From positions 1 to 64,000 of IMG/VR virus record IMGVR_UViG_3300037808_001516: a DNA stretch of 64,000 nt. One strand, given 5' to 3'. Below the pieces are notes generated by a model that worked only from the letters and a program-made list of their open reading frames with translations, was not told where the DNA came from and searched no databases. Positions 50,601-59,139 of this stretch are shown piece after piece. A program made the position numbers and the translations under genes. Each line of letters starts with the position of its first letter. Position 1 is the first letter of the stretch. The stretch is from a virus.

Positions 50601-53600
50601 TATAACATCTTCATACTTCACAGAAGGGGATAATTTCCTTAGGTCCCGATCACAGGGCACAAGGGGAGAAGGCATTTTACAAAACGATTACAGTATTTTT
50701 GGATTAGGATATAATGGACTTCGGGGTGCACCTCCGATATCACCAGTATATAACAGAAGAATACCGCAGATTCACGGAAACAACTCTTACTTGGCTGGTG
50801 AGGCGAAATACGAAGCCGCCGCTACTCGAACGGGCCCGTTTTACGATTCATATCAAGACTACGCCGAAGGTTTAAGATCCGCAGGTCAGACATATTCGCT
50901 GATTCCTGAATTCCGAATGCACAAAGTTATAGAAGATTATCTTACAACCGTCGATTCTTCGAAGTTTGCAATTGATGAGTTCCTAGAATTAACAGGGACA
51001 GTATACCACACATCTTCAGGTAACCTGTCAGTTGGAACGCAGTTTTTTGAAACATACTCGATGACTGATTTTATGAAATATTTTCAAGTTGTGAAAGATG
51101 ATATCGAAAATGAGAATCTTGGACTGGCTCCTGGCAAATTAACATTAAGGTGTCAAGCCGTGAAAAGATTTTTGCCTTATAGAGGATTCTATCCAGCAGA
51201 AAGAGTCGTCCAGATATCCGAAGTTTTCGACAGGAGTTATCTTCGACCCGGGTCATATGGTTCAAAGTATATTGAAAACGATTCTATAAAAGAAGATGCA
51301 GCTAAATCTTATCTAGATTTAAGAATTGAAAATTCAAAAGCTCAAGCAATAAAGCCGCTTATGGCGCCTGGTGTGTTAATGAATTCGATAAAAACTGGCC
51401 TCGCGGTTGATTATCCGATATTCAGCTCATCAGTAGATACTGGTGTGAGTTATATTTTCAACAATCATATCACATCAGCTCTAGACGACTTTTCTTTGCT
51501 TTCTCTCGGAACATCAACCGCTTTCACCGGGTCCCTAATTAACTCGTCTGTAGATGAAGGCATACCGAGAGTTAGCGGTACTCTGGATTACAGAGTGTCT
51601 TTTGAAGATTTGTTATATCCACACCGCATTTGGGATCAAATTGTTTATGACAACGAACCACACCCAAGCGCGAGTATGTTGCATGGGACAACAGATCACC
51701 TTAAGGTGCTCGACCGTCCACCACGATTTGGAAACATCGATAGAGATATGTCTACTCAGTATGGCGCAATGAATTTTGAAACGTCAGAAAATGCATTTGC
51801 AATTTCTATGCTGCCTTTCACATTAGCTACTAATAATTTTTGTGCAGAAACTGTAAATTTCTTCTTGGAGGACGGAGTGTTGAATACTGCTATTTCGGCC
51901 CCGGGTGCACAATATTTTGATAACTTGACCTACAAGATGAGAGTGCATCTCGCGAACGAAGACACAGTCATGTACGATAGACACTCTGCTTTCGGCCCAC
52001 CAGTAGACGAAGGCAATCCAGAGATCACTACGTATAACCTGTCTAGCACAAAGATTTACAACGATGACGGTACCGCCGCCTCGGCTTCCGTGTCTTTCGC
52101 CGCTTCTACGGCTAGACCCCTCACTGAGATTCCAACAGAGGTCACGGCGTCGTCTCTTACTGTACTAAATGCTGTATTTGACTCTTTTCCAGGTTTTAGC
52201 TTCGAGTCTGCAAACTCTCAAACCGTTAATGTAAAATATTACGATTCAGAAAACTTTGTCGGAGATAACATAAAGTTTAAGTTTGGAGAAGCTTACACTA
52301 GTGCAACTCAAACATTTCTAAGTACAGCTCTCCAGCACCCAAGAATCACCATTTCTGGCGCCGCTGGCCAGCACAAATTTAGATTTTACAACTCCAACAC
52401 TTCGGGCGGTACGCAGTCGGACCTTTCGGATACTGCTTATGTCAATGTTTATGATACTAGCGCCGGCGCCTTACGCGATGGTTCAGAAGTCGCTCAAGAG
52501 TTTTTCACAAAGTTTGTGTCAATACCTGTAATGAGCCAATCTTTTGCAGCTTTCTTGGGCACCGGCGCGGACGCCGGGAAGCTTAACTTGTTCGGACGAA
52601 CTAGAAGTATAGATTCGGACATATCGATAACATCAGACATATCAATCGCCGGATTTAGTCATTATGACGACACATCCACAAAATTCATAGCCAGAATAAC
52701 AACAGGTAGCAACTCAAATGGTCATACGTCTGGGGATTACGGAACAGAGCAAATAAACTTTTCTTCTTCTGCTACATCCACTTCATGGGCTGCTCGTCTG
52801 GCTGCGCTGGATTCCTCAATTAGCAGATACGTTAATATTGGCGCCGCAGAGCCATTGTCTGCCGCTACAGTCGCTACGGCAACTAGGGACGCAGTTTTGG
52901 CCTTATCGTCTTCAACTGCCGCCTATCAGATTTCTGCATCAATCGGAGCCTCTTCCAACATTGTGACCTTGAGAAGACTAGACTCAGGTTCGCAGGGAAA
53001 TGTTCCGATAGGCAACCCAGGAGAAGCTGTTTCTGCAACTGATCTAGTTTCTTCGATCAGTACCAGTTTCGCCGGCGGTGCGCTACAAACCATCGCCGGA
53101 AAAGCAGATGTTTTTACTCCAACTACTGCGATTCAATCCGGATCTCATGGACATTTACCATATGTGCCACCCTTTTTAGATCCGAATACTAGCCCTTACG
53201 CAGAGTTAAGTTTTACACCAGCTAGCGCTGGAGAATATACGATTCCAGAGGTTCTAAATGACCTGCAAATAACATATTACAACATGCCTGCGCCGTCAAA
53301 TCAGTCAGAAAACATTAATTACAACGCAGCAATGGTGCTTTCTGCATCCATAGACTTTAAGAATCACATAAAGTTGCGAAGCGATCACACTAATACGAAC
53401 GTCGGATCAAATACTGTCGACCCAAACTCCGTTGATTTAAACAGATGGGTGATTAGACCCAAATGGGAAACTCCAATAATCGATTTCTCATTTGTCACAG
53501 CCAGCGCTATCAATCTGAACGATAACAGCGAGCAGCAAGTTTCGGGATCTCCATGGAAAACGAGATACCAGTCAAATTACTATGAAACGTTAAAGACATC

Positions 53601-55020
53601 CAGTGTTCCTTACCTGACGGCTTCTACTGGAATGTGGCACCAGAGCGGAAATCTTCTTGACGAATTAGCCCAAAAGGGATATTACATGGTCGTCGAAGCT
53701 GGAGATCAGAAAAACCCGGACAGGTTCGCCGCGAAAGACCTGGCAACTAAAGTTGGATTCTTGGATGGTTCTGAATCTAGCAAGAGGATACGTTTAGGTA
53801 ATCTTGCAACTGAAAAAACAGTGTGGGAGTCAGTAGTAGCGATCCCCTTTTACAATGATCCTAAGCAAGGTATTAAGTTCTTTAACCTTAACGCCGAAGC
53901 TTATCGCGATGCTACAAAACTAAACCATATAAACATGATAAGGCACTCAGCCAGAGTTTCTGATAACTCACTGGACCAGAACACTAAGAAACAGCTGAAT
54001 CAACTGTACGACAACTTCCTTAACACCCCCGGTACAAACGCCGCGGAAAACATAGCCTATCAGCTCAGAATGATGGAAAAATTTATTATACCGCCTCAAT
54101 TTGATTTCTTGTCTAACAATGTTGATTGCGCCGATGTGGCACCGTTTGTACAGTACATCTTCCAATTTAGCGGGAAATTCACAGATAAAGATTTAGCTAG
54201 TATGTGGCAAAACTTATATCCCAACTCAGAACAGGGATCTGGAAAAGCAAAACATTCTTCTCCATATCCAAACTCAGGACAACCGTCGGGTATATCGCTA
54301 GACTATCCAGATGTAGAATACGTTTCTGGATTTTTAGACACAGACTCTGTCGGAATATTTCAGGGAATGAGTTCGAATTATGAAGATACTTCTGAATTTT
54401 TGGAAAATGAAGTACGATGGCTCGTATTCAAAGCGAAGCAGCGAGGTACCTCCCGATACGATACCATTGTTGAGAAATCTGTATCCAAAAACAACCACTA
54501 TGATCTGATATCTGTCAATGGCAGAGAGATCAGCGCGGAAAGCATGAAGTCAGCACAATTGAAGCCACAGTTTAACTGGCCGTATGATTATTTTTCCCTA
54601 GTTGAATTGGGCAAGATTGAGTCCAAAGTAGATTTTTACGACGACATCAGAACCGTAGGAGTACCTAAAGAGAGTCCTCGCAGATTAGAGAAAGAAAGAG
54701 GGAACCAACAAGCGAGTCCACCGAAAACACCGGCTGTTGGCTCAACCTCTTCATCGACCTCATCTTCGAGTTCAACCACAACAGTCGCTACATCGATGGT
54801 ATTCAGGGAAGTGTTGCTAGAAGACACAACGACGCCCTCGACGAGGATATTTAATATTACTGGTGGCACGGTGTCGTCAGGTACTGAACAGTTGTTTGTA
54901 AATGGAGTTCTGCAATCACTAGGCGGCACAAACGATTATACGATATCGGGCAACACTGTGACGTTTACCTATGATTTGGATGATGGAGATTCTGTCGTAA
55001 TCTCTTATGTTAAAGACTAA
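44662..55020 (+). CDS. Giant (3452 aa) baseplate/virion protein with LamG (ConA-like) domains
   Basis: TVEFWLK, WHHYAL, LYVDG, GSMDDFRFW LamG motifs; LKRKGT wedge-type motif; C-terminal LFVNGVLQ...DYTISG module. Confidence 0.72.
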   Translation: MTDYRAKTEKSKSSDRKEKFFTRRNIPSANENRQGLTSKEQESDGLIKKTRDITNKYRPDIIVKDPSTFAFFGSAKKYYEDAFSNIVNYYPFDGSRKEILEWYETATSVEIGMLHNHWPSYVGHVSIDSQQYISFYSGPQSIAESEYMGAYTRGETGLRLDPSKGNTVEFWLKKGSWSIPEEVVFDIGSYPGKVSAANGGQFKLYLSNSSGSPFHVDYSIGTTGISATNIGSSNITTSSVGDSAWHHYALKVHQEDSKLHMKLYVDGKYDSLTTSSVATMGSVDTYMSGRIGAAQADTTGSLSGSMDDFRFWKGKRTSKQISRFFDQKVFASENLEETYETKLGLYYRFNKPAIADTETDRLVVDYSGNDITGQIYKYDNTVRVAESAITISPYTSASELQDPHLEDKSSAVQDLKVDLVNIGESYDINNASNLKNFVPEWVFDNNNDGLSNPDSHVSILFHLLASEFDEIRQKIDGIKLEKLPRYESITQEITSHEDFSQLGMSSSYMQNNFFIGCDDSGEIYAPSLGSHAEFSVRKCENVGFNVVQKPLSSVDPNDEQDLKVAQVSITKPFEEIRRAILENVYSSAKYMLKRKGTATAFGAVLRSYGVDEDLVSLNIYGRNSETFIDNSKLDTAIDERNSVYFGENLNSTIFLSSSDNEERTYLQADTDETEYTFEGTFMFPSFRDKQHDTNTSSIFGVSEVSAINNNLTAPATNNADFVVKVAKDNLSSDDAKFILTSPAGIISDLESNVFRDVYDNSRWNIALKVVKDLDNKFVSSSAATYKVELVGHNHILDTLQNSFSITSSLTQAEYENFRSAHKTIFIGAQRTNITGSVVTSTDIKVVDFNGWNDDLSLDELKVRSMTPSTTGRDNSDTYRENYNTVNKLKDKNKIFSIQFDAISALSSENTLVAVDATSGSVDHVARYGQLIGNKYPAKSTVFSKNLTNVIQREYLPVVRNIPLGNDHGEQGIQTKAAEINKFDLSSRPQSKLLSFEKSMYQAISREMVDFVGGLLSFNNLIGEPVNKYRKSYKMLDHLRQKFFETVESENQFERFVSYFRWIDKSVGHFLDQMVPATATTNTGIEDVIESHALERNKYDHKAPFVERKEYDSGLETNLLAINELLYDWEHGHNSDSEADHCLWQKDRKERTGDRETIRKVLTTVVSGSTYVTRNLVKPYRHTIDRQTLLNIGSNRNANKNKDLYKIVNEGKEISISSSDIYEFKQCNDVINPQQEKIYSAKTNTTTTDSYLDADSDMILPFSLYSSSVGVDFENFKQNLKITNNHDGTPSLQSPFVKSLVGGMPHRSVKFGTADADRPEAYDVSSSANTLTIKQTSAPKSMFHRDLGGARFYHIGNVKTTETPLVIGNYSKDYEIVMTNGRSLNNNYLVENEGLNLTGGISQGLYVPAITEFEVPQRPARDHVIVNRFNAPGGAESSTPQGMNRESLEYSVYSTVNYRNGVVRYIEDFLSEEHSEQFGYRSGSTTQASRHMTNRNTGKKTGSLGQELEYDNNYVQHEIPQNDFGYSWVTSSANESVYSFLNKNENTGHQHLLNISGALKSSQTITFLGTSELTPNLDFVNLNTFTTRSLTSDVNMLTNNSADLNSIVLNRQGPYGWPSWKQLKGEQHPITKAHKKNNKLSVVYRTHNSKKYAFVDSIKGDYEFDFKDTIDISDTNTSARLVDNYDEMYITSKFNPLNVNLTRFDNTSISLENLDLAIRSAIGVPILAVNQLSQHHMWTNDEYYLGTVLRDASRHSDGLSFDEEDEFMMFSPEGALSEDEQAMLSTALGGLRESAAVSMRATVQNKITGFAQRKFENLVIAGVQNPEIWSKYIDHDKYVSETSFAVLKNFLTEGITSRTMRELNYIETIYPREINTYKSKIRARDSFDFFGWNSTRSNRQLILTGNVSYDTPLIENSDVRLFFPQSALAEEREFKKSFYNTVEMVDINSTGSDASTTSSTHITASSWVLDSRETFTGLPLNITSSYFTEGDNFLRSRSQGTRGEGILQNDYSIFGLGYNGLRGAPPISPVYNRRIPQIHGNNSYLAGEAKYEAAATRTGPFYDSYQDYAEGLRSAGQTYSLIPEFRMHKVIEDYLTTVDSSKFAIDEFLELTGTVYHTSSGNLSVGTQFFETYSMTDFMKYFQVVKDDIENENLGLAPGKLTLRCQAVKRFLPYRGFYPAERVVQISEVFDRSYLRPGSYGSKYIENDSIKEDAAKSYLDLRIENSKAQAIKPLMAPGVLMNSIKTGLAVDYPIFSSSVDTGVSYIFNNHITSALDDFSLLSLGTSTAFTGSLINSSVDEGIPRVSGTLDYRVSFEDLLYPHRIWDQIVYDNEPHPSASMLHGTTDHLKVLDRPPRFGNIDRDMSTQYGAMNFETSENAFAISMLPFTLATNNFCAETVNFFLEDGVLNTAISAPGAQYFDNLTYKMRVHLANEDTVMYDRHSAFGPPVDEGNPEITTYNLSSTKIYNDDGTAASASVSFAASTARPLTEIPTEVTASSLTVLNAVFDSFPGFSFESANSQTVNVKYYDSENFVGDNIKFKFGEAYTSATQTFLSTALQHPRITISGAAGQHKFRFYNSNTSGGTQSDLSDTAYVNVYDTSAGALRDGSEVAQEFFTKFVSIPVMSQSFAAFLGTGADAGKLNLFGRTRSIDSDISITSDISIAGFSHYDDTSTKFIARITTGSNSNGHTSGDYGTEQINFSSSATSTSWAARLAALDSSISRYVNIGAAEPLSAATVATATRDAVLALSSSTAAYQISASIGASSNIVTLRRLDSGSQGNVPIGNPGEAVSATDLVSSISTSFAGGALQTIAGKADVFTPTTAIQSGSHGHLPYVPPFLDPNTSPYAELSFTPASAGEYTIPEVLNDLQITYYNMPAPSNQSENINYNAAMVLSASIDFKNHIKLRSDHTNTNVGSNTVDPNSVDLNRWVIRPKWETPIIDFSFVTASAINLNDNSEQQVSGSPWKTRYQSNYYETLKTSSVPYLTASTGMWHQSGNLLDELAQKGYYMVVEAGDQKNPDRFAAKDLATKVGFLDGSESSKRIRLGNLATEKTVWESVVAIPFYNDPKQGIKFFNLNAEAYRDATKLNHINMIRHSARVSDNSLDQNTKKQLNQLYDNFLNTPGTNAAENIAYQLRMMEKFIIPPQFDFLSNNVDCADVAPFVQYIFQFSGKFTDKDLASMWQNLYPNSEQGSGKAKHSSPYPNSGQPSGISLDYPDVEYVSGFLDTDSVGIFQGMSSNYEDTSEFLENEVRWLVFKAKQRGTSRYDTIVEKSVSKNNHYDLISVNGREISAESMKSAQLKPQFNWPYDYFSLVELGKIESKVDFYDDIRTVGVPKESPRRLEKERGNQQASPPKTPAVGSTSSSTSSSSSTTTVATSMVFREVLLEDTTTPSTRIFNITGGTVSSGTEQLFVNGVLQSLGGTNDYTISGNTVTFTYDLDDGDSVVISYVKD

Positions 55021-55031
55021 GGAGTAAAGAA

Positions 55032-55880
55032 ATGGCATTCTTTAATAAGAAAGAAGAAGTTATAGATATAAAGCTTACGCAATTTGGAAAAGACCTGTTA
55101 GCCCGCGGCATTTTTAAACCCGCTTTCTATCAGTTCTTCGACGATGACGTAATCTACAATTCCTCACTTGCGGGAGTATCAGAGCATCAGAACGAATCTG
55201 AATCTCGTATACTTGAAAATACACCAAAGCTGAAGACCCAGGCATTAACACTCGGTGTGGAGTCCCGCTTTCACGTAGAGCAGACCTTGATATCTTCTGG
55301 AGAGCGCAACACGTTTACTGTGATCAATAGAGCAGCAAACCCATACGTTCAGGACAGAATTTTGTTGTACCCGTTGGCGTCCCAAGAAACATCAAATCAA
55401 TCAGCGGCAACCTTTACAATGAGAGTTCTGGGTTCGAAAATGGAACAAGGAGTGGATCCATATGTTACAGAATTAACTGGCTCCGGTATCCTCAAGAGTA
55501 TTCCTCAGATAAACGTCAGCGCAAGTTTCAAGATGACAGAGGATAGAGAAGAGTTATTTGAGTCTCCCACGATGATAAACACTGAGGCGTTTTTTGATTT
55601 GTCCTCTAGAGAGACCGTTTTCGCCGACGGATCTAAGATTACGGTTGAGGGCAACCCAGTTATAGTTGATTTGGAAGAGTTAAATGTTTTCTTCGGGTTA
55701 GACAACTTTGAACTCGAAATCTATGAAATAACCGAAAAGAACAAGAACAAAATATTAACCAGGATAAAAGACCTAGAGGACGTTAACGGCTTGTTTCATA
55801 TAAAGACGGATTCGGATGTAGAAGAAGTTGAAGCGAAAACCGGAAGAAAAAGTAATTACTACAGGTCTAGAGAGAATTAA
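55032..55880 (+). CDS. Putative baseplate/tail structural protein
   Basis: FFNKKEEVIDIKLTQFGK.LLARG...FFDDDVIY; N-terminus resembles 61968 protein. Confidence 0.6.
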   Translation: MAFFNKKEEVIDIKLTQFGKDLLARGIFKPAFYQFFDDDVIYNSSLAGVSEHQNESESRILENTPKLKTQALTLGVESRFHVEQTLISSGERNTFTVINRAANPYVQDRILLYPLASQETSNQSAATFTMRVLGSKMEQGVDPYVTELTGSGILKSIPQINVSASFKMTEDREELFESPTMINTEAFFDLSSRETVFADGSKITVEGNPVIVDLEELNVFFGLDNFELEIYEITEKNKNKILTRIKDLEDVNGLFHIKTDSDVEEVEAKTGRKSNYYRSREN

Positions 55881-55882
55881 CA

Positions 55883-58800
55883 ATGAGTAACACAAGTTTT
55901 CCAATTTTAACAACAAAAAGAATAGTTATATCAGAAGGATATGAATCTATTCCTGGTGAAGCCTCGACACGATCAGGGGGCTATGTAGATGAATCAGGGG
56001 CAAACATAATAACAGAGGTAGTAGACCAGGCCCCAGCAACACTTAGAGAATTTACAAAAGTAAAGGTAGAGTTTCTTTTAAAGTCCAGAGAAAATACGAG
56101 TCTTAGCAAATGGTTTTCTGACACCTACAAGAACAATGAAGCGTTTTCGCAGTACGCAGAATATTTGAAAGTGTACTTTATGGCACTTGATGATTCATCA
56201 GACATCCTCGCCGGCTACTTGCAAGACCCTTCGAGTAGATATAGAGCACTCAAATTCTTGCCGAGTGTGTTCGCTCTATCTGGAGAACCTATGCCCAAAG
56301 CCGCAGTCAACTCGATCACGTTCGCTGAAATCTTGCAAAATGAAAAGTTCACTACGACACCAGTCTCGGACACATCAGATTATTATGAACACGATATATA
56401 TGCAGAGATTGAGATGGATATCTCCAATTTAAGCATGGAGTCCACAAGCAAGGTGCACTTAATTGGGTTTATGCACATGGACGTGGAAAGCTACGCTCGC
56501 GACAAAGGACTCTCATTGTTGCCAGAAGAGCCCCACGCTGTTGAATCTATAGGCGGAGAATTAATATATGATCTTCTTTTGGAAAGATCAGATTCTCTGG
56601 AGGTTCCATTCAATAGAGAGTCTCTCTACCTCAATTCTGAACCCTACTATGGGCCATCACACTATCACAGTGAAGACAACCCAGGTCCCGACGGATACGT
56701 TGGATACATGGCAGGGTTCCCCGGGGATGATATGGGCCCCACCCTTGATGTTGTTACATTGAGAAACTACAAGGTGATATCCAGCATATACGACCATCAG
56801 GACGACCCATCAGTTTTCGGACTAGGTCCTATGTCATCTGAACCTGCATCTTCTACGGGTGCAAGCCTGGAATCTTATCTCGGATCCGTCTTAGATAGAG
56901 AAGATCTTCTAGACGCGTCTCGACGCATGGTGGAACTCGTGAGAGCATCCAGCTATGCGGAGTCTAAATCAAGAAAGAATTTTATGAAAGGTACGGATAT
57001 ACCTGCAACGTTCATTAACTCTGTGTCCTCACTGGATCCCATCACCGGAGAAATAACAAACGAGGGAAGCCACCACGCTAGTGTTGTTGGGTTGGACTAT
57101 TTTAAACTGGTGCGAGATATGTCGAACTATGGAAACATCATCAATTTTCATTTTGACAATGGCAACATACCGTTGGTGGAGAGTTTACTGGAAGATAGCA
57201 AAATCATAAATGTCGAAGTTCTGCGGGACAGAGTAACAAATAACCCATACAGCTTTAACGATACTGATTCTCTAGATTACAAGATATACGATACAAACGA
57301 ACCAAGCGTAAGAATGGTAAACACTCAGGATGCTTCACATTCATACGCCTTCAATCAACCAGACTCACAACCACGCATACGCCCATTCGCCGGCCGTCTA
57401 ATCCCTGCATCAACTCATCTAGCCAGTATAAGGGAAATAGATCTGATGAGTTTAAACGCAAGCTCCGGACTGATATCTTCGGTTCCGGGCCACAACAGGT
57501 TCTTTCACATAAAAGATTATGATCTGTTTCATAATGCGCAGTTTGGAAAATACAAGTACCGCTTGAAGTTGACGCTGATAGATGGAGTTTATAAAACAGT
57601 AAGTTTAATGCTGCGCCAACTGGAGCACTCATACCGTAAAATAAACGAATACTTCAACGAAGCGTCCCAGCCGGTGATCAAAAACTCGCAAGGAATTTAC
57701 GTACAAGGCAATTATGACTATGACGTGAATGTTTTCCATCAATCTTTTAAAGAGAGGGATTATTCCCTTACGATCCAATTGGCTAAGAGATCTTACGCTT
57801 CGGCCGTAGAATTCTTAACAGGCAATCGCCCTTCTGAGGCAAGACTGTTCTCGATCGAGGGCGCCCTAGCACCAGAAGTAGCAAACCTTGAAACGATAAG
57901 ACATATGAATGCAACGATTCAAAAATTAATACTGGCCATGAGAAATATACTCAAGGCGAACGGGGATTCTTCAAATTCTGAAGATCTCAAGAAGAGAGGA
58001 AAAACATATACTCCGGCCTCCGGTCCTGGTCGTAAATCAAGAACCATAGAAGTTACAGTAAAATGCCCGGACGTCATCTCTGCGCTGCCAGAAGGCACCA
58101 TTGTTGCAAATTATAGCAACCACCAGATAGAAGACGAAGATGGGAATGACATCACACCAGATTTACCTAACTTAGGCCTTCAAGACTATTTGGACAGAAT
58201 CTCCATAATGCAGGATAGGTACGCGCTCGACTTTTTGCTACCATCCTCATATTCGTCGTTGAGTTTCTCACCATATAGCGTGGCACAGTACGATGTTCAA
58301 TCAAGAAGGTTTGCACCCATTAACAACGAAAACAGGATTGAAGGCGTATCACAAATGGGATCATCGACAATTGTTTCATCTTATGTTTCATACCAGAACT
58401 CTTCAACACAGGAAAAGATAAATTCCGAAATCCTGGTAAACATCGCAAGATCCCGGGATAACATCCTCTCGTCTTTTACAAAGAAGCCTCCTTCAGACCT
58501 CGTGTATCAAGCATTTACATCAGCCGGCGTAGTTGTGAATATGCTGGGTACTCCTCTGTCAACTGGAGGACCTTCCACGAAATCAAATAACAGTAGCAAG
58601 GCCAAGGAGAAACTAAAGGATGCTCTAGATCAAGCGGACAAAGACAATTGCTTAGAGCTGTCAGACGGTTTAAAGTCGGCACTACAAAATGCTGCTTACA
58701 ACGGCGTGACGAGAAAAGAGGTCATGACCACGGCAGAGTCTGGATATGCTAATTTAAACGGTATTATCAATGTAATTGGCAACACTTATGATAATATGTT

Positions 58801-59137
58801 GAGCTTGGTGGGATCATTGCAGAATGCAGCTGCCATCTCACCCAGTGCCGCTAATAAGCCCACAACAGAGGAGCAGAAATTTCTAAACAATGTTGCAAAA
58901 TCCCGCCGGCGCCTCAATAATTTCGGCCTAAAAAGATATGATTTGTATGGTACCGACGCCGCCGAACTCTATGTTGTTGCTCCGGGGTCACCTTCAATAA
59001 AGTTTACTTTAGCGCAGGCAACAAAATGGCGCATGCTAAAAACACAGGCAGATGCATATTTACTTGTGATGGCAAAACCCACAAAAAAAGAGGATGCGGT
59101 AATTCACGTTAACAGTGGATACTTGCTTAGGATTTAA
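55883..59137 (+). CDS. Large putative structural protein (1084 aa)
   Basis: Long ORF in structural module. Confidence 0.6.
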   Translation: MSNTSFPILTTKRIVISEGYESIPGEASTRSGGYVDESGANIITEVVDQAPATLREFTKVKVEFLLKSRENTSLSKWFSDTYKNNEAFSQYAEYLKVYFMALDDSSDILAGYLQDPSSRYRALKFLPSVFALSGEPMPKAAVNSITFAEILQNEKFTTTPVSDTSDYYEHDIYAEIEMDISNLSMESTSKVHLIGFMHMDVESYARDKGLSLLPEEPHAVESIGGELIYDLLLERSDSLEVPFNRESLYLNSEPYYGPSHYHSEDNPGPDGYVGYMAGFPGDDMGPTLDVVTLRNYKVISSIYDHQDDPSVFGLGPMSSEPASSTGASLESYLGSVLDREDLLDASRRMVELVRASSYAESKSRKNFMKGTDIPATFINSVSSLDPITGEITNEGSHHASVVGLDYFKLVRDMSNYGNIINFHFDNGNIPLVESLLEDSKIINVEVLRDRVTNNPYSFNDTDSLDYKIYDTNEPSVRMVNTQDASHSYAFNQPDSQPRIRPFAGRLIPASTHLASIREIDLMSLNASSGLISSVPGHNRFFHIKDYDLFHNAQFGKYKYRLKLTLIDGVYKTVSLMLRQLEHSYRKINEYFNEASQPVIKNSQGIYVQGNYDYDVNVFHQSFKERDYSLTIQLAKRSYASAVEFLTGNRPSEARLFSIEGALAPEVANLETIRHMNATIQKLILAMRNILKANGDSSNSEDLKKRGKTYTPASGPGRKSRTIEVTVKCPDVISALPEGTIVANYSNHQIEDEDGNDITPDLPNLGLQDYLDRISIMQDRYALDFLLPSSYSSLSFSPYSVAQYDVQSRRFAPINNENRIEGVSQMGSSTIVSSYVSYQNSSTQEKINSEILVNIARSRDNILSSFTKKPPSDLVYQAFTSAGVVVNMLGTPLSTGGPSTKSNNSSKAKEKLKDALDQADKDNCLELSDGLKSALQNAAYNGVTRKEVMTTAESGYANLNGIINVIGNTYDNMLSLVGSLQNAAAISPSAANKPTTEEQKFLNNVAKSRRRLNNFGLKRYDLYGTDAAELYVVAPGSPSIKFTLAQATKWRMLKTQADAYLLVMAKPTKKEDAVIHVNSGYLLRI

Positions 59138-59139
59138 TT

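Noticed and set aside
33182-55020. Inteins, introns or diversity-generating retroelement targets in the giant ORFs
   Set aside because: No intein splice or LAGLIDADG motifs, no RT gene and no TR/VR repeat pair noticed by eye; an HMM scan would be needed to exclude them fully
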